A stretch of 64,000 nt of DNA from an uncultured Hormoscilla sp. GTDB taxonomy: Bacteria > Cyanobacteriota > Cyanobacteriia > Cyanobacteriales > Desertifilaceae. This document shows, in pieces, positions 42,772 through 52,584 of this stretch. The DNA is taken from assembly GCA_963921275.4 (NCBI GenBank), contig OZ001293.3, positions 128,001-192,000 of the forward strand, given 5' to 3'. The number at the start of each line of letters is the position of its first letter. Within the stretch, counting starts at the first letter, position 1. The position numbers and the translations under genes were made by a program. The notes below the pieces were generated by a model. That model worked only from the letters and a program-made list of their open reading frames with translations, was not told the DNA's origin and did no database searches.

Positions 42772-43597
42772 GCTGTAGACTGGGCGGAAGGGGCGATCGC
42801 TCCCTGACCGGATACCTCCGTTCCTCAATGATGCGCTGTAATTGAGCGACGCGATTTCCGGGAGCAGGATGGGTAGACAAAAAGGCGATATTTGCTCCTC
42901 TTTTCCGATCGAGTCGGGCAAAAAAGTCCGTCGCCCCGGCGACGTGACCGTAAGTTGCTTGTAATAAATCGATGCCAAATTCATCCGCTTGCAGTTCCTG
43001 AGACTGAGAATATTGCGATCGGGAGAAAGCTTCCGCGCCAGAAACCAAAACAGCTTGCAGTCCGCCCACATCGCCGAAAATACTGGCGATCGCCAAGCGC
43101 AGCACCAAAGCTTGTCCCAAACCCCGCAGATGGTCGCGATTAGCAAAATGTCCCAATTCATGTCCCAAGACCATCATCAGTTCGTTTTCCGACTCCGCCT
43201 GGGCTACCAAACCTTGATAAATGACAATTGTATCTCCTGGTAGCGCCAAAGCATTGACTATTTTCTGGGGCACAAACAGCACCCGATAATCTCGGTCTCG
43301 ATGCTGTTCGGGAGGTAAGTTAGTTTCCAATCGATCCAACAACTGATTCAGGGTAGCTTGAGCTCTTGACGGCAGCGCCTGTTGCTCGTAAATTGGTACG
43401 ATCGCCGCCCCCAGCTGTTGTTCCACGCCGATCGGAATATACCAGACTAAGGCATTCACTAACAGCCCGATCGCCCACCACAGCAACCAAAAGACGATCG
43501 CGATAAATCCCACAAACAACCCGAAGATAATCAGCAATTCTCGGTTGCTAGTAGGAGGATTGCGATTTGGCTTTTTTCTTAGGTTATCGGCATCCAT
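42638..43597 (-). CDS. M48 family metallopeptidase (C-terminus replaced by element sequence)
   Basis: NALALPG, HELGH, E.QAD, STHP. Confidence 0.92.
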   Translation of the reverse strand: MDADNLRKKPNRNPPTSNRELLIIFGLFVGFIAIVFWLLWWAIGLLVNALVWYIPIGVEQQLGAAIVPIYEQQALPSRAQATLNQLLDRLETNLPPEQHRDRDYRVLFVPQKIVNALALPGDTIVIYQGLVAQAESENELMMVLGHELGHFANRDHLRGLGQALVLRLAIASIFGDVGGLQAVLVSGAEAFSRSQYSQSQELQADEFGIDLLQATYGHVAGATDFFARLDRKRGANIAFLSTHPAPGNRVAQLQRIIEERRYPVRERSPLPPSLQRVWSKPVDRSWALPVGGSPKPLLKDTVGELRYLDDRPRQMLKNM

Positions 43598-43605
43598 TTC
43601 TTAAT

Positions 43606-44304
43606 TCAGTCGCTACTTTTCACGGGACGGAAAGGATTCAAAAAATTAATCAACCCATAAAGTTCGCGGGACTGAACCCAGAGACGTCCGCGACCCCGGA
43701 AATGGCAAACCAATCCTTCCCCGCCCAAAATCCCCGTTTTCAGATTCTTAAATGATAACCCCCCAATTACCTCCACATTGTAATTCAAGCTATCTTCAAA
43801 GGCCACGATGTAGCTAGTATCTACCACATAGTCTCCTTCCACCGGAATTTCCACAATCCCGCCATAGGAATTGAACCAGATATCCCCGCTGCCAGTTGCC
43901 CGCACCAAAAACAAAGATTCGCCACTAAAGAAGCCCTTAAATCCTTGAAACTGAGTATCGATTTCCACCGTTGGACTAGCAGCTACAAACCCAGAAGATT
44001 GAATCAGCAAGCTTTTCTCACTCAGGTAATAATGCTGAATATCTCCCGGCATTGCTGGCGAGATATAGATTTGTCCTGGTTTTTCCTCAGCAGTAAACTC
44101 GCTGACAAACAGGGACTCCCCACTTACCATCCGCGCCATACCTTTCATCAAACCTCCTTGCATCTTAGATTTCATCAAGATGCCAGCATCCATTGCCGCC
44201 ATTGCCCCTGATTCAACTAAGACAGTTTGATTCGCCTGTAAGTTAATAATTAAAGAAGCATAAGCTGGCGAATGTTCTATTTCGTAAGCAATCTCATTTG
44301 TCAT
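43606..44304 (-). CDS. TIGR00266/AIM24 family protein
   Basis: GESLF, GGEGLV motifs. Confidence 0.9.
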   Translation of the reverse strand: MTNEIAYEIEHSPAYASLIINLQANQTVLVESGAMAAMDAGILMKSKMQGGLMKGMARMVSGESLFVSEFTAEEKPGQIYISPAMPGDIQHYYLSEKSLLIQSSGFVAASPTVEIDTQFQGFKGFFSGESLFLVRATGSGDIWFNSYGGIVEIPVEGDYVVDTSYIVAFEDSLNYNVEVIGGLSFKNLKTGILGGEGLVCHFRGRGRLWVQSRELYGLINFLNPFRPVKSSD

Positions 44305-44334
44305 TTTCCTTTATCCTTTGCTATTCACATCTCG

Positions 44335-45027
44335 CTACTCCTTTCTGGGGGGCAGATGAGAGCCAACTAATTGACCAAAAGCGCCTGAGTTGTGAGTCTG
44401 ACAATATAATTTACCTTGTCCTTGAAACCGACAAACCAATCCTTCGCCGCCCAAGAATGATCCCCACCAGCTAGGATTAGCTTTACCAATATTAAAGGTC
44501 AGACTTTTTTCAAAAGCCACAATATGACCCGTATCCACTATATATTCTCCGTTAACGGGTACTTCATAAATCCCGCCAAAGGAGGTCAACAACAACTCAC
44601 CATTACCCGTCAGACTCAACCAAAATATTGATTCCCCCGAAAAGAGTGATTTTAAACCTTGAAAGCCTAAGTCGATATCAACATCTGAAGCAGATGCCAG
44701 ATAAGAAGTAGCCTGCACGACCAACTCCTGACCCGTCATTTGATAAAGCATAATATCGCCTATCAATTTGGGGGCGATAAAGATTTCACCCCCGTCTCTG
44801 GGCGATCTAAAGACGCTCAAAAACAGCGATTCCCCAGCCACCATCCGTTTCATTCCGCCGAGAATCCCGCCCCCTTTCCCTTGTCGCAAGGTAGTGTTCG
44901 CACTGATGAAGCCACTCATGGCAATCATGCTGCCTGCTTCTGCCACTAATTCTTCTCCCGCCTCCAGAGTCACGCGGGAGATCGCGCTATCTGGTTGATG
45001 CAAAAGTTCTATATCCATATTCTCCAC
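44335..45027 (-). CDS. TIGR00266/AIM24 family protein
   Basis: GESLF, VDTGHIVAF. Confidence 0.9.
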   Translation of the reverse strand: MENMDIELLHQPDSAISRVTLEAGEELVAEAGSMIAMSGFISANTTLRQGKGGGILGGMKRMVAGESLFLSVFRSPRDGGEIFIAPKLIGDIMLYQMTGQELVVQATSYLASASDVDIDLGFQGLKSLFSGESIFWLSLTGNGELLLTSFGGIYEVPVNGEYIVDTGHIVAFEKSLTFNIGKANPSWWGSFLGGEGLVCRFQGQGKLYCQTHNSGAFGQLVGSHLPPRKE

Positions 45028-45041
45028 CTTCTTGGAAATTG

Positions 45042-45704
45042 TTACTTAAATTTGGGGCGCATAAATGCCACCAAACCATCAATACTGCGAGACTGGAGAT
45101 AAATATCACCAGTACCAGTCAGTCGATTCACAAAACCTTCTCCGGAAGTTATCGACCCCAGCAGACCGCCAGCAAGTTTAATATTCATTTTAATTCCCGG
45201 ATCGTAGGCAACCAAGTGACCGGTATCGACAATAAAGTCGCCGTTAATGCGTTTCCGGGTAATGCCACCATAAGCGCCAAAAAACACTATACCCTTACCG
45301 CTGACTTGAAGTTTGAACAGTCCTTCACCAGAGAACCAACTCTTCAAACCGGCCCAGTACACTCCCAGCTTCACCCCAGTTCCATGACAAATATAGGCAC
45401 CCGGTTGAAAACAGAGGTTGCGCCCTCGTAATTCCACAGAAACTATGTCACCAATGCTGGACTGAGTGAGGACAAGATTTAAGGGTTGCTGGGTTTCATT
45501 GGAAAAGGTATTGACAAATAAGGACTCGCCCCCAAAGAATTTTTTCAGTAAAGCTGGGAAGAACCCGCCAGAAAAGTGGGTCTTCATAGTAAGTTGAGCG
45601 TCCATGCTAGTCATGGCTCCCGCCTCAGCGGTTATGGCCTCACCGGGATAGAGGGTAACGAAGATAGCAGCAAAAGCTGGTTTATAGCGAATTTCATGCT
45701 CCAC
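45042..45704 (-). CDS. TIGR00266/AIM24 family protein
   Basis: GGESLF, VDTGHLVA. Confidence 0.9.
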   Translation of the reverse strand: MEHEIRYKPAFAAIFVTLYPGEAITAEAGAMTSMDAQLTMKTHFSGGFFPALLKKFFGGESLFVNTFSNETQQPLNLVLTQSSIGDIVSVELRGRNLCFQPGAYICHGTGVKLGVYWAGLKSWFSGEGLFKLQVSGKGIVFFGAYGGITRKRINGDFIVDTGHLVAYDPGIKMNIKLAGGLLGSITSGEGFVNRLTGTGDIYLQSRSIDGLVAFMRPKFK

Positions 45705-45746
45705 TGGCCTTTCTCCTACATTTTTTCTGTGTAAAGTCGATCATCT

Positions 45747-46240
45747 CTAGCCAAAGCTGTAACCATAGCCATCTCGCCTGTGAACTGCCTGAATGTGATT
45801 TCTGGACACAGAGACTACCGCTCGCCAAAAAGATGATAGATTAAATATAACTGGAATCGGCTGGTCCATGTGTGCTTGGGCCCGATCGAGCAAGTCTCGG
45901 GCCATGGACAGTAAGGTCGCGGTCTTCCCAGAACCCGGTTCCCCCAGTATCAGGAGACTTCGCCCCTCTCCCAATTGGTCAAACAAGTCAATTGCCTTTG
46001 TGGGGGCAATATTTTTCGCGGTGCTTCTGGGGTTTCCCACCCCACCCCGATCGGGCCTTCTATAGCATCTAGTCGTTCTTCTAGACTCAGGGAGATTGCT
46101 GGAGAGCTAATTTTTTCTAATACACCTCCGATCCAATAATTTCTCACCTTATTCAGTAAAGTCTGGCGGTTGCGGTAACTTTCTCTGACGGAAACTGTTT
46201 CAATCCTCTTTTGCAACTGTGGTAATGCCTGGATCTTCAT
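45747..46240 (-). pseudogene. NACHT NTPase fragment
   Basis: YWI.GVLE; LLILGEPGSGKT; IPVIFNLSS. Confidence 0.8.
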
Positions 46241-46421
46241 AGATTTATCTTACCCGAAGTAGTCATAGTCACGGCCAACCCCGATCTTATGGTATTTTAT
46301 GGCTTTTTTACTGAGGGAGCACGGATAATCTTAGTTTGCCCTATTTTGCGTTCTCGTCTATCAATATTCAAGAAAAATTAACAGGCCCAGTCTCTACATC
46401 ACTTCTAAGAATATAATCCCT

Positions 46422-47236
46422 ATGGCTCACCAACCCCGCAAGCGCTTTGCTCAACACTGGCTCCGCAGTGACCGGGTGCTCGATCGCATAATCATGGCGG
46501 CAGAATTGGACGAAGGCGATCGGGTACTAGAAATCGGTCCAGGGACCGGCAGTCTGACTCGTCGATTATTGCCCCTAGTGGAGTCGGTAGTGGCGGTAGA
46601 AATTGACCGGGATCTATGCCGGAAGTTGACTTCTGGGCTGGGGAAGTCGGAAAACTTTCTCCTGCTGCAAGGGGATATCCTCTCTCTGGATTTATCGGCG
46701 CTGCTGAGGTCTTTTCGGTCGTTCCAAAACTTAAATAAAGTTGTTGCCAATATTCCCTATAATATCACGGGTCCGATTCTGGAAAAACTGCTGGGCACAA
46801 TTGAACATCCTGCTGCTTTCCCCTATAATATCATAGTGCTGCTCGTGCAAAAGGAAGTGGCCCAACGCCTAGTTGCCCGATCGGGCTCTAGATCCTTCGG
46901 GGCCCTGTCAGTGCGAGTGCAGTATAATGCGGAATGCGAGTTAATTTGTACAGTGCCAGCGTCGGCTTTTTACCCACCTCCCCAGGTAGAGTCAGCAGTA
47001 GTGAGGTTGCGTCCCCGACAGTGCTCCCCAGCAGCAGTCCCCGGGCACCTGGAAATGCTAGTAAAGCTGGGTTCGCCGCTAAGCGGAAAATGTTGCGGAA
47101 TAATCTGAAATCGGTGGTCGAGAGCGATCGCCTGATTGCGTTACTATCAGAATTAGGAGTGAACCCCCAAGCCCGGGCTGAGGACTTGAGTGTCAGTCAG
47201 TGGGTATCCTTGAGCAATCTCTTGGTCAGTTCGTAG
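46422..47236 (+). pseudogene. rsmA: 16S rRNA dimethyltransferase, frameshift near 47070
   Basis: LEIGPG, VANIPY; GFAAKRKMLRNNL lies in another frame (G-run indel, possibly a sequencing error). Confidence 0.9.
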
Positions 47237-47626
47237 TAAACACTTTAGTGTTTGCGGGTTCGTAGTAAACACTAAAGTGTTTCGGGGGACGCGCTCACTC
47301 ACAGTCCGAGGCCGCCACTCACTCTCAGCAGAGCCTCTGGCGCTCCCATTCCCAGCGAGACCCACTGGAACGAGGGGAACAAGGGTATAGCCATCACAGT
47401 CCGAGGCCACCACTCACTCTCAGCAGAGCCTCTGACTGAGCATTCCCAGGGAGACCCTGGGAACGAGGGTATGGCCAACTAGCCCGCGCAGGCGGGCTTT
47501 GTTCATGTAGCCCCACCCTAAAGGGTGGGGGATCTGGTGCAGGCAAAGGTTCGGGCGGAGGTTCGGGCGCTGCGGAGGGATAGGTTAAATTAAAAAGAAA
47601 GGTTAGTAGTGGAAAGGAGAGGATAG

Positions 47627-48298
47627 ATGTCAACACAAATATTACTGGTAGATGACGAACCGGGAGTGCGCGAATCAGTACAAGCCTATCTGGAAGAGAG
47701 TGGTTTTACCGTTGAAGTTGCCAGCAACGCTATTGATGGCTGGGAAAAGCTACAACAGCTCGTACCTGAGGTAGTGATTACAGACATTATGATGCCCGAG
47801 GTAGATGGCTATCAGTTTTTGCAGCAAATGCGGGAAGATTCTCGGTTTAAGGGCTTGCCAGTGTTGTTTTTAACCGCCAAAGGCATGACAGGAGACCGCA
47901 TCCAAGGCTATGACGTCGGGTGTGATGCCTACTTGCCTAAACCCTTCGATCCCGACGAGTTGGAGTCAATAGTCAAAAATCTGGTGTTACGTCGCGCCCA
48001 GATGGGTGGAACGGAACTTGATGACATTAAAACTCAGCTCAATCAAATTCAGGGTATACTCCAAAACGGAGGCGCGATCGGCCATAAGACCCCACCGATG
48101 AAATTAGACTTCACTCCCAGAGAACAGAGTGTCCTGAACTTAGTAGTAGAGGGACTAATGAACAAGGAAATTGCCCGCCGCCTGGAAACCTCTCTACGAA
48201 ATGTGGAAAAATATGTCAGCCGCTTGTTTGCCAAAACTGAGACCAACAGTCGGACTGAGTTAGTGCGCTTTGCCCTGGAACATGGGTTGACTACATAA
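47627..48298 (+). CDS. NarL/LuxR response regulator
   Basis: LVDD, DIMMP, KPF; TPRE..VL..NKEIA HTH. Confidence 0.93.
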   Translation: MSTQILLVDDEPGVRESVQAYLEESGFTVEVASNAIDGWEKLQQLVPEVVITDIMMPEVDGYQFLQQMREDSRFKGLPVLFLTAKGMTGDRIQGYDVGCDAYLPKPFDPDELESIVKNLVLRRAQMGGTELDDIKTQLNQIQGILQNGGAIGHKTPPMKLDFTPREQSVLNLVVEGLMNKEIARRLETSLRNVEKYVSRLFAKTETNSRTELVRFALEHGLTT

Positions 48299-48839
48299 AC
48301 AACCCCTTATGGTAGGGCGCTACTCTCATAGCCCAGAAACCCGGTTTTTCGGAAAAACCGGGTTTCTTAATGCTTATGACTACAGGCGATCGCACTTCCT
48401 AGGTCAGCGGCTATAGGTAAACTACCCACGCATTATAGCGTTTCTCAAGCTAGTGAGGTACCGTGTTTCGATCCCCCCAACCCCCCGAAGATGCGCTATG
48501 GCTTAAGCCTCGGGACGTTCGCCCTTAGCCAAAAAGTAAAATCATGATTAAATTTTACGACTCTTGCTTGGGCGCGTTGCTAATATTATATAGAGCCGGA
48601 GCTCTGAACAATTCGATATTGACAGAAAACTATGAAGCCATAGGCATCCAAAGAACTAAAATCTGTTGGGCGATCGCCGTCCTCATCAAAGACTGGTGAA
48701 GATCGTATCAGATGAACGCAGAACAACCCTAGGGTACCACAAGCATGTGGAGACTGGGCAGCAACCCAAGCAGCTTATGATTTTTGGGCCGCATGTTAAA
48801 GCCTCAGCAATTCGCTCTAGCCATCAACAAAGTACTGTT

Positions 48840-49064
48840 GAACTCCTCAAGCAGAATGAAATTGTTTTAGCAGCCGGAGCGCTAGGTTGGACTATTGTGC
48901 TGATGGAGAGGGCTACGCGGTTACGCAAGACTCTCGAATGTGGTGAAAAAAAGCAAAAACTTTTGCTAGCAGCAGTAGCAACTTTAGCCGAATTATTTGA
49001 CAAAAGTGAGGCGCTAGTTTTATTCACCGATGGAGAGCTTCGTGGAGCGTCAATTAGTTTTTGA
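48840..49064 (+). mobile_element. Transposase remnant (IS1-like)
   Basis: GWTIVLMERA.R...CG.K...LFTDGE. Confidence 0.5.
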
Positions 49065-49340
49065 TATCTGTCATCAACTGTTTCACAGTGGCCAATGAGG
49101 TAGACCACCTAAAGTGTTACCCTTATGCTTGGCGATTAGACTAAAAAATCCAAGTAGTAAAGGCGGTGACTCTCAGGGTAAAATTGACAAAATTGAAACC
49201 CCTGTAGGTTGTCAGTTGTAGGTTGTCAGTTGTAGGTTGTCAGTTGCAGGTTGTCCGCGTTCGACTAAGGATTAACAACTAACAACTAACGAATAACGAC
49301 TAATAAATAACGACTAACAACTAACCAGGAAAGATATTTT

Positions 49341-50057
49341 CTACATACGCTGAGCCAAGTTTTTCCCATGAGTATCAGTGCCGCAGGTATGCAGCAGACC
49401 GCCGTAGCGTTCTGCTAATTGTCGAACCTGCTCGGTTTGCTTGGGGCTAGGTTTCCAAGGATTAGGGTTGTTGTAGGCGTAGTAAGTTTCCACGCCATCA
49501 ATGCCCCATCGCGCTGCTTCTGGAATCAACTGGGCAGCTGAACGACGACGGTAACGTTCTGGATGAGCTAGCACAGCTAAACCACCCGCCTGATGAATTG
49601 CCGCAATGACATTAGGCGCTTGATAATCGCTGTTAGTGGAAGCCTTACCCTGTATATAGGGTTGCAGGCGCGGGTGTTCAGGGTCGAAGCCATAGCCCAA
49701 AATGTGAACCTGAGTTTTGAGCAAGTTAGCGTTAATTTCTACCCCACTCCAAAGTTCCGGTGCCCGACGCAAGGGATTAGCGGCTTTCCAGTTTTCTAGC
49801 CAGTTCTGAGCAACAAGATAGCCGCCCACGCTGTGGTGATCCGTAATGGCGATTCCTTGCAGACCGATCTCGAGAGCCTGAGACATCAGATCTTCTGGTT
49901 TCAGCTTTCCATCAGAGAATATCGTGTGCATGTGAAAGTTGAAATCATGCGGACAACTGTCTTCATCAATGCTCTCAAACACTTCCCTTAATCTTCTTGC
50001 TGACCCATTTTCCCCTGCTAGCTTGAGTGAACTAGGAATTTCAACTACATTAACCAT
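49341..50057 (-). CDS. PHP domain protein
   Basis: HMHT..SDG, ITDH, AHP, GTDTHG. Confidence 0.92.
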   Translation of the reverse strand: MVNVVEIPSSLKLAGENGSARRLREVFESIDEDSCPHDFNFHMHTIFSDGKLKPEDLMSQALEIGLQGIAITDHHSVGGYLVAQNWLENWKAANPLRRAPELWSGVEINANLLKTQVHILGYGFDPEHPRLQPYIQGKASTNSDYQAPNVIAAIHQAGGLAVLAHPERYRRRSAAQLIPEAARWGIDGVETYYAYNNPNPWKPSPKQTEQVRQLAERYGGLLHTCGTDTHGKNLAQRM

Positions 50058-50416
50058 CTCATCTTACCGCTTCTAATTACTGACTCTACTATAGCCAACT
50101 TTTTATTTTGTAACCTTGCATACACAACATCATGTCGAGCGGGCGATCTGGGAGTGGTCAGTCGTCAGTCGTCAGTAGCCGCACCGGCGTTGGCTAGTGT
50201 TTTTGGATGTTACCAGCTTCTTGTTGATAATTAAAAATTGATAATTGAAAATTGCTAATCGAACATTAATAAATATATGAATATTTATGACATAAATATT
50301 AACGGTCAACAATCAACAATTAACAACCCAAATCATCCCGTAATTGTGCCAACAAGTTTTGGGAAAGATTCGGTCCCATCAAGCCCGCGCAGGCGGGCTT
50401 TGTTATTGTAGCTAAT

Positions 50417-51880
50417 TTATAGCTGGGATTGCAAATACTGATTAATATCAGCGGCACGTCCCTGAGCCCTGAGCACGCAGTCTGGCAAAGCGACGCCATC
50501 AATATAGTTACTACACAGATATATACCTGGCAGCTGCTGAAGATTTGTAGTTATCTGCTGCCAACGCTGTTCGTGACCGAGATTATACTGGGGAATTGCC
50601 CGTTGCCACAGATGCACGGCTAAGACTTTTGGCTGTGCATCTGGCTTGAGCAGAATTTTACACAAGTCCTGATGGACCGCTTGAGCAATTTGCTCGCTGT
50701 CTAAATCAGTAATTTCTGGATCTGTGGCACCGCCGATATAGCTAGTTAGCACTTGCCATCCTTGGGGTGCCCGACCTGGAAACAGACTGGAAGTCCAGAT
50801 CGTGCCCAAAGTTCTAATTCCCTGACTTCTGGGAATTAGATTACCAAAGCCCCGTAGAGGATACTTGAGAGCAGATATCGGGTAGGCTAAGACAACACTG
50901 GCTACGGGTGGGTAGTAGAATTTCCGTAAGGCAAGGCTTGCTTGGGATGCTAGGGGTTGCAACAACTCAGCTGCCACATAAGCTGGTGATGTAATCACTA
51001 CTGTCCGTGCTTCTATCTGGCGAATGTCTTCGGCTGTGGCAAATCGAGCCATGTAGGTTTGCTGCTGGGTAGGATGCAAGCTAGTGAGACGCCAATTCAG
51101 TTTCACAGCACCGCCTAGCTGGGAGGCGATCGCCAGAGGCAATGCTTGCAGCCCCTGCTTAAAGGAGCCCAACTCTCCTGGTTTAGTTTTCGGCAAGTTA
51201 GGGTTCGGTATCACCGGTTTCCGGTTTTTCCGGGACATAATTGCCCCGGCTAACAGTCCGCCGCCGACTGATTCTAACTGTACCACGCGCCGAAAAGCCG
51301 CAGCGGCACTCAACTGATTCACATCACCAGCATAAACCCCAGAGACAAAAGGAGTCACCAGGCGTTCTGTCACCTCTGCACCCAGATGACGCCCAAAGAA
51401 TTGAGCTACCGTCTCCTCGCCACCCTGTTGAGACAATTGCTCGCCCATTGCTGGTGGCACAAACCCCAAAGCACCAGTCAATGCCCGGAGTTTTCCCGGC
51501 CAACTCAGCAATTGGGAGCTGATAGCAGCTGGTGGACTCATGGGCACCGGATGCAGTTTTCCCTGCCAGTAGACAAAACGAGGTAAGCGGCGGTCAGCTA
51601 GAATCAACTCCTGTTCTAGTCCCACATCGACAATCAGCTGTAGCATCTCTGGTTTCGGCTGAAAACTATTGGGGCCTTCTTCCCAGAGAAATTCCCCTGA
51701 GCTTTCTGTAGTGATGTTCCCCCCGACTCGTCCGGTGCTTTCAGAGACTAAAATCTGCCTGTAATGCTGCTTGTGCAAGCTGTAGGCCAGAGTCAAGCCG
51801 CTAATACCTGCACCGACAATCAGGGTATCGAGGACCTTGTCCGATTTTTCCGGAACGGTGGGAGTGGCTGAATCGGTCAT
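50417..51880 (-). CDS. hemY: Protoporphyrinogen oxidase (HemY type)
   Basis: GAGISGL, EEGPNSF, SGVYAGD, AIPQY. Confidence 0.95.
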   Translation of the reverse strand: MTDSATPTVPEKSDKVLDTLIVGAGISGLTLAYSLHKQHYRQILVSESTGRVGGNITTESSGEFLWEEGPNSFQPKPEMLQLIVDVGLEQELILADRRLPRFVYWQGKLHPVPMSPPAAISSQLLSWPGKLRALTGALGFVPPAMGEQLSQQGGEETVAQFFGRHLGAEVTERLVTPFVSGVYAGDVNQLSAAAAFRRVVQLESVGGGLLAGAIMSRKNRKPVIPNPNLPKTKPGELGSFKQGLQALPLAIASQLGGAVKLNWRLTSLHPTQQQTYMARFATAEDIRQIEARTVVITSPAYVAAELLQPLASQASLALRKFYYPPVASVVLAYPISALKYPLRGFGNLIPRSQGIRTLGTIWTSSLFPGRAPQGWQVLTSYIGGATDPEITDLDSEQIAQAVHQDLCKILLKPDAQPKVLAVHLWQRAIPQYNLGHEQRWQQITTNLQQLPGIYLCSNYIDGVALPDCVLRAQGRAADINQYLQSQL

Positions 51881-52110
51881 AGGGCATAGGGAGAGTAATT
51901 GAACAAAGCGTCTAGATAAATCCGGGCAGCTCTACGATAACTGTATTCTGCTTCTGGAGTGTGACCATTTCCATTTTGCAGCAAAAACAGAGACAGAGCC
52001 GCAGAAAATACCCGGTCTTGGTCCCAGTCCGGATGGCTATCCAAGTAGGTTTTGACCGATTCATGCAGATCTTCGGGGATTTCTGCCAGGATACTCACAT
52101 TGGTACGCAT
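51877..52110 (-). CDS. DUF2811 protein
   Basis: HPDWDQDRVFSAALSLFLLQNG. Confidence 0.9.
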   Translation of the reverse strand: MRTNVSILAEIPEDLHESVKTYLDSHPDWDQDRVFSAALSLFLLQNGNGHTPEAEYSYRRAARIYLDALFNYSPYAL

Positions 52111-52389
52111 GTCTAGCCTCCATGATGTAACGAGCCCGAGCGTCAGAGCGCTGGATATATGACGCTGACTCGGTCGGTCGCTTTATTGTGCGCTCACAGA
52201 GCATGGGATTGTCAATGTTGCGAAATGTTGCAACTGACCTTCGGTCTGAAAATTTTTGACGATATCATCAGGCTTTCAGGGCGATTTTTGTTACATTCCT
52301 TTACAAACAGAGGGGCTCTCGGGGTCTTAAGAGGCTCAACCGAGAAATCCCCAATCAAATTTAAGAGACCCGATCGTACCGTGCTCCCT

Positions 52390-52462
52390 TGTGGAAAACC
52401 GGAGGTTTTATTGTGGAAAACTGTCCTAGGCTTGTGGAAACAATGTGGAAGCTGTGGGGATT
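52390..52462. promoter_or_regulatory. Cluster of DnaA-box-like TGTGGAAAA motifs
   Basis: Two perfect and three degenerate copies, same orientation. Confidence 0.55.
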
Positions 52463-52584
52463 TTTCTGGCAAATGATAAGAATCACAAACTGTATGACAA
52501 ATTATGCCAAAAATTGTTAATTGCTAATTGCTAAAATCAGCCCAAAGATCTTGATAAATGCCATAATGTCTGTTATAGTATAAT

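Noticed and set aside
43606..45704. Triple AIM24 genes as a novelty
   Set aside because: Tandem TIGR00266 paralogs are a common arrangement
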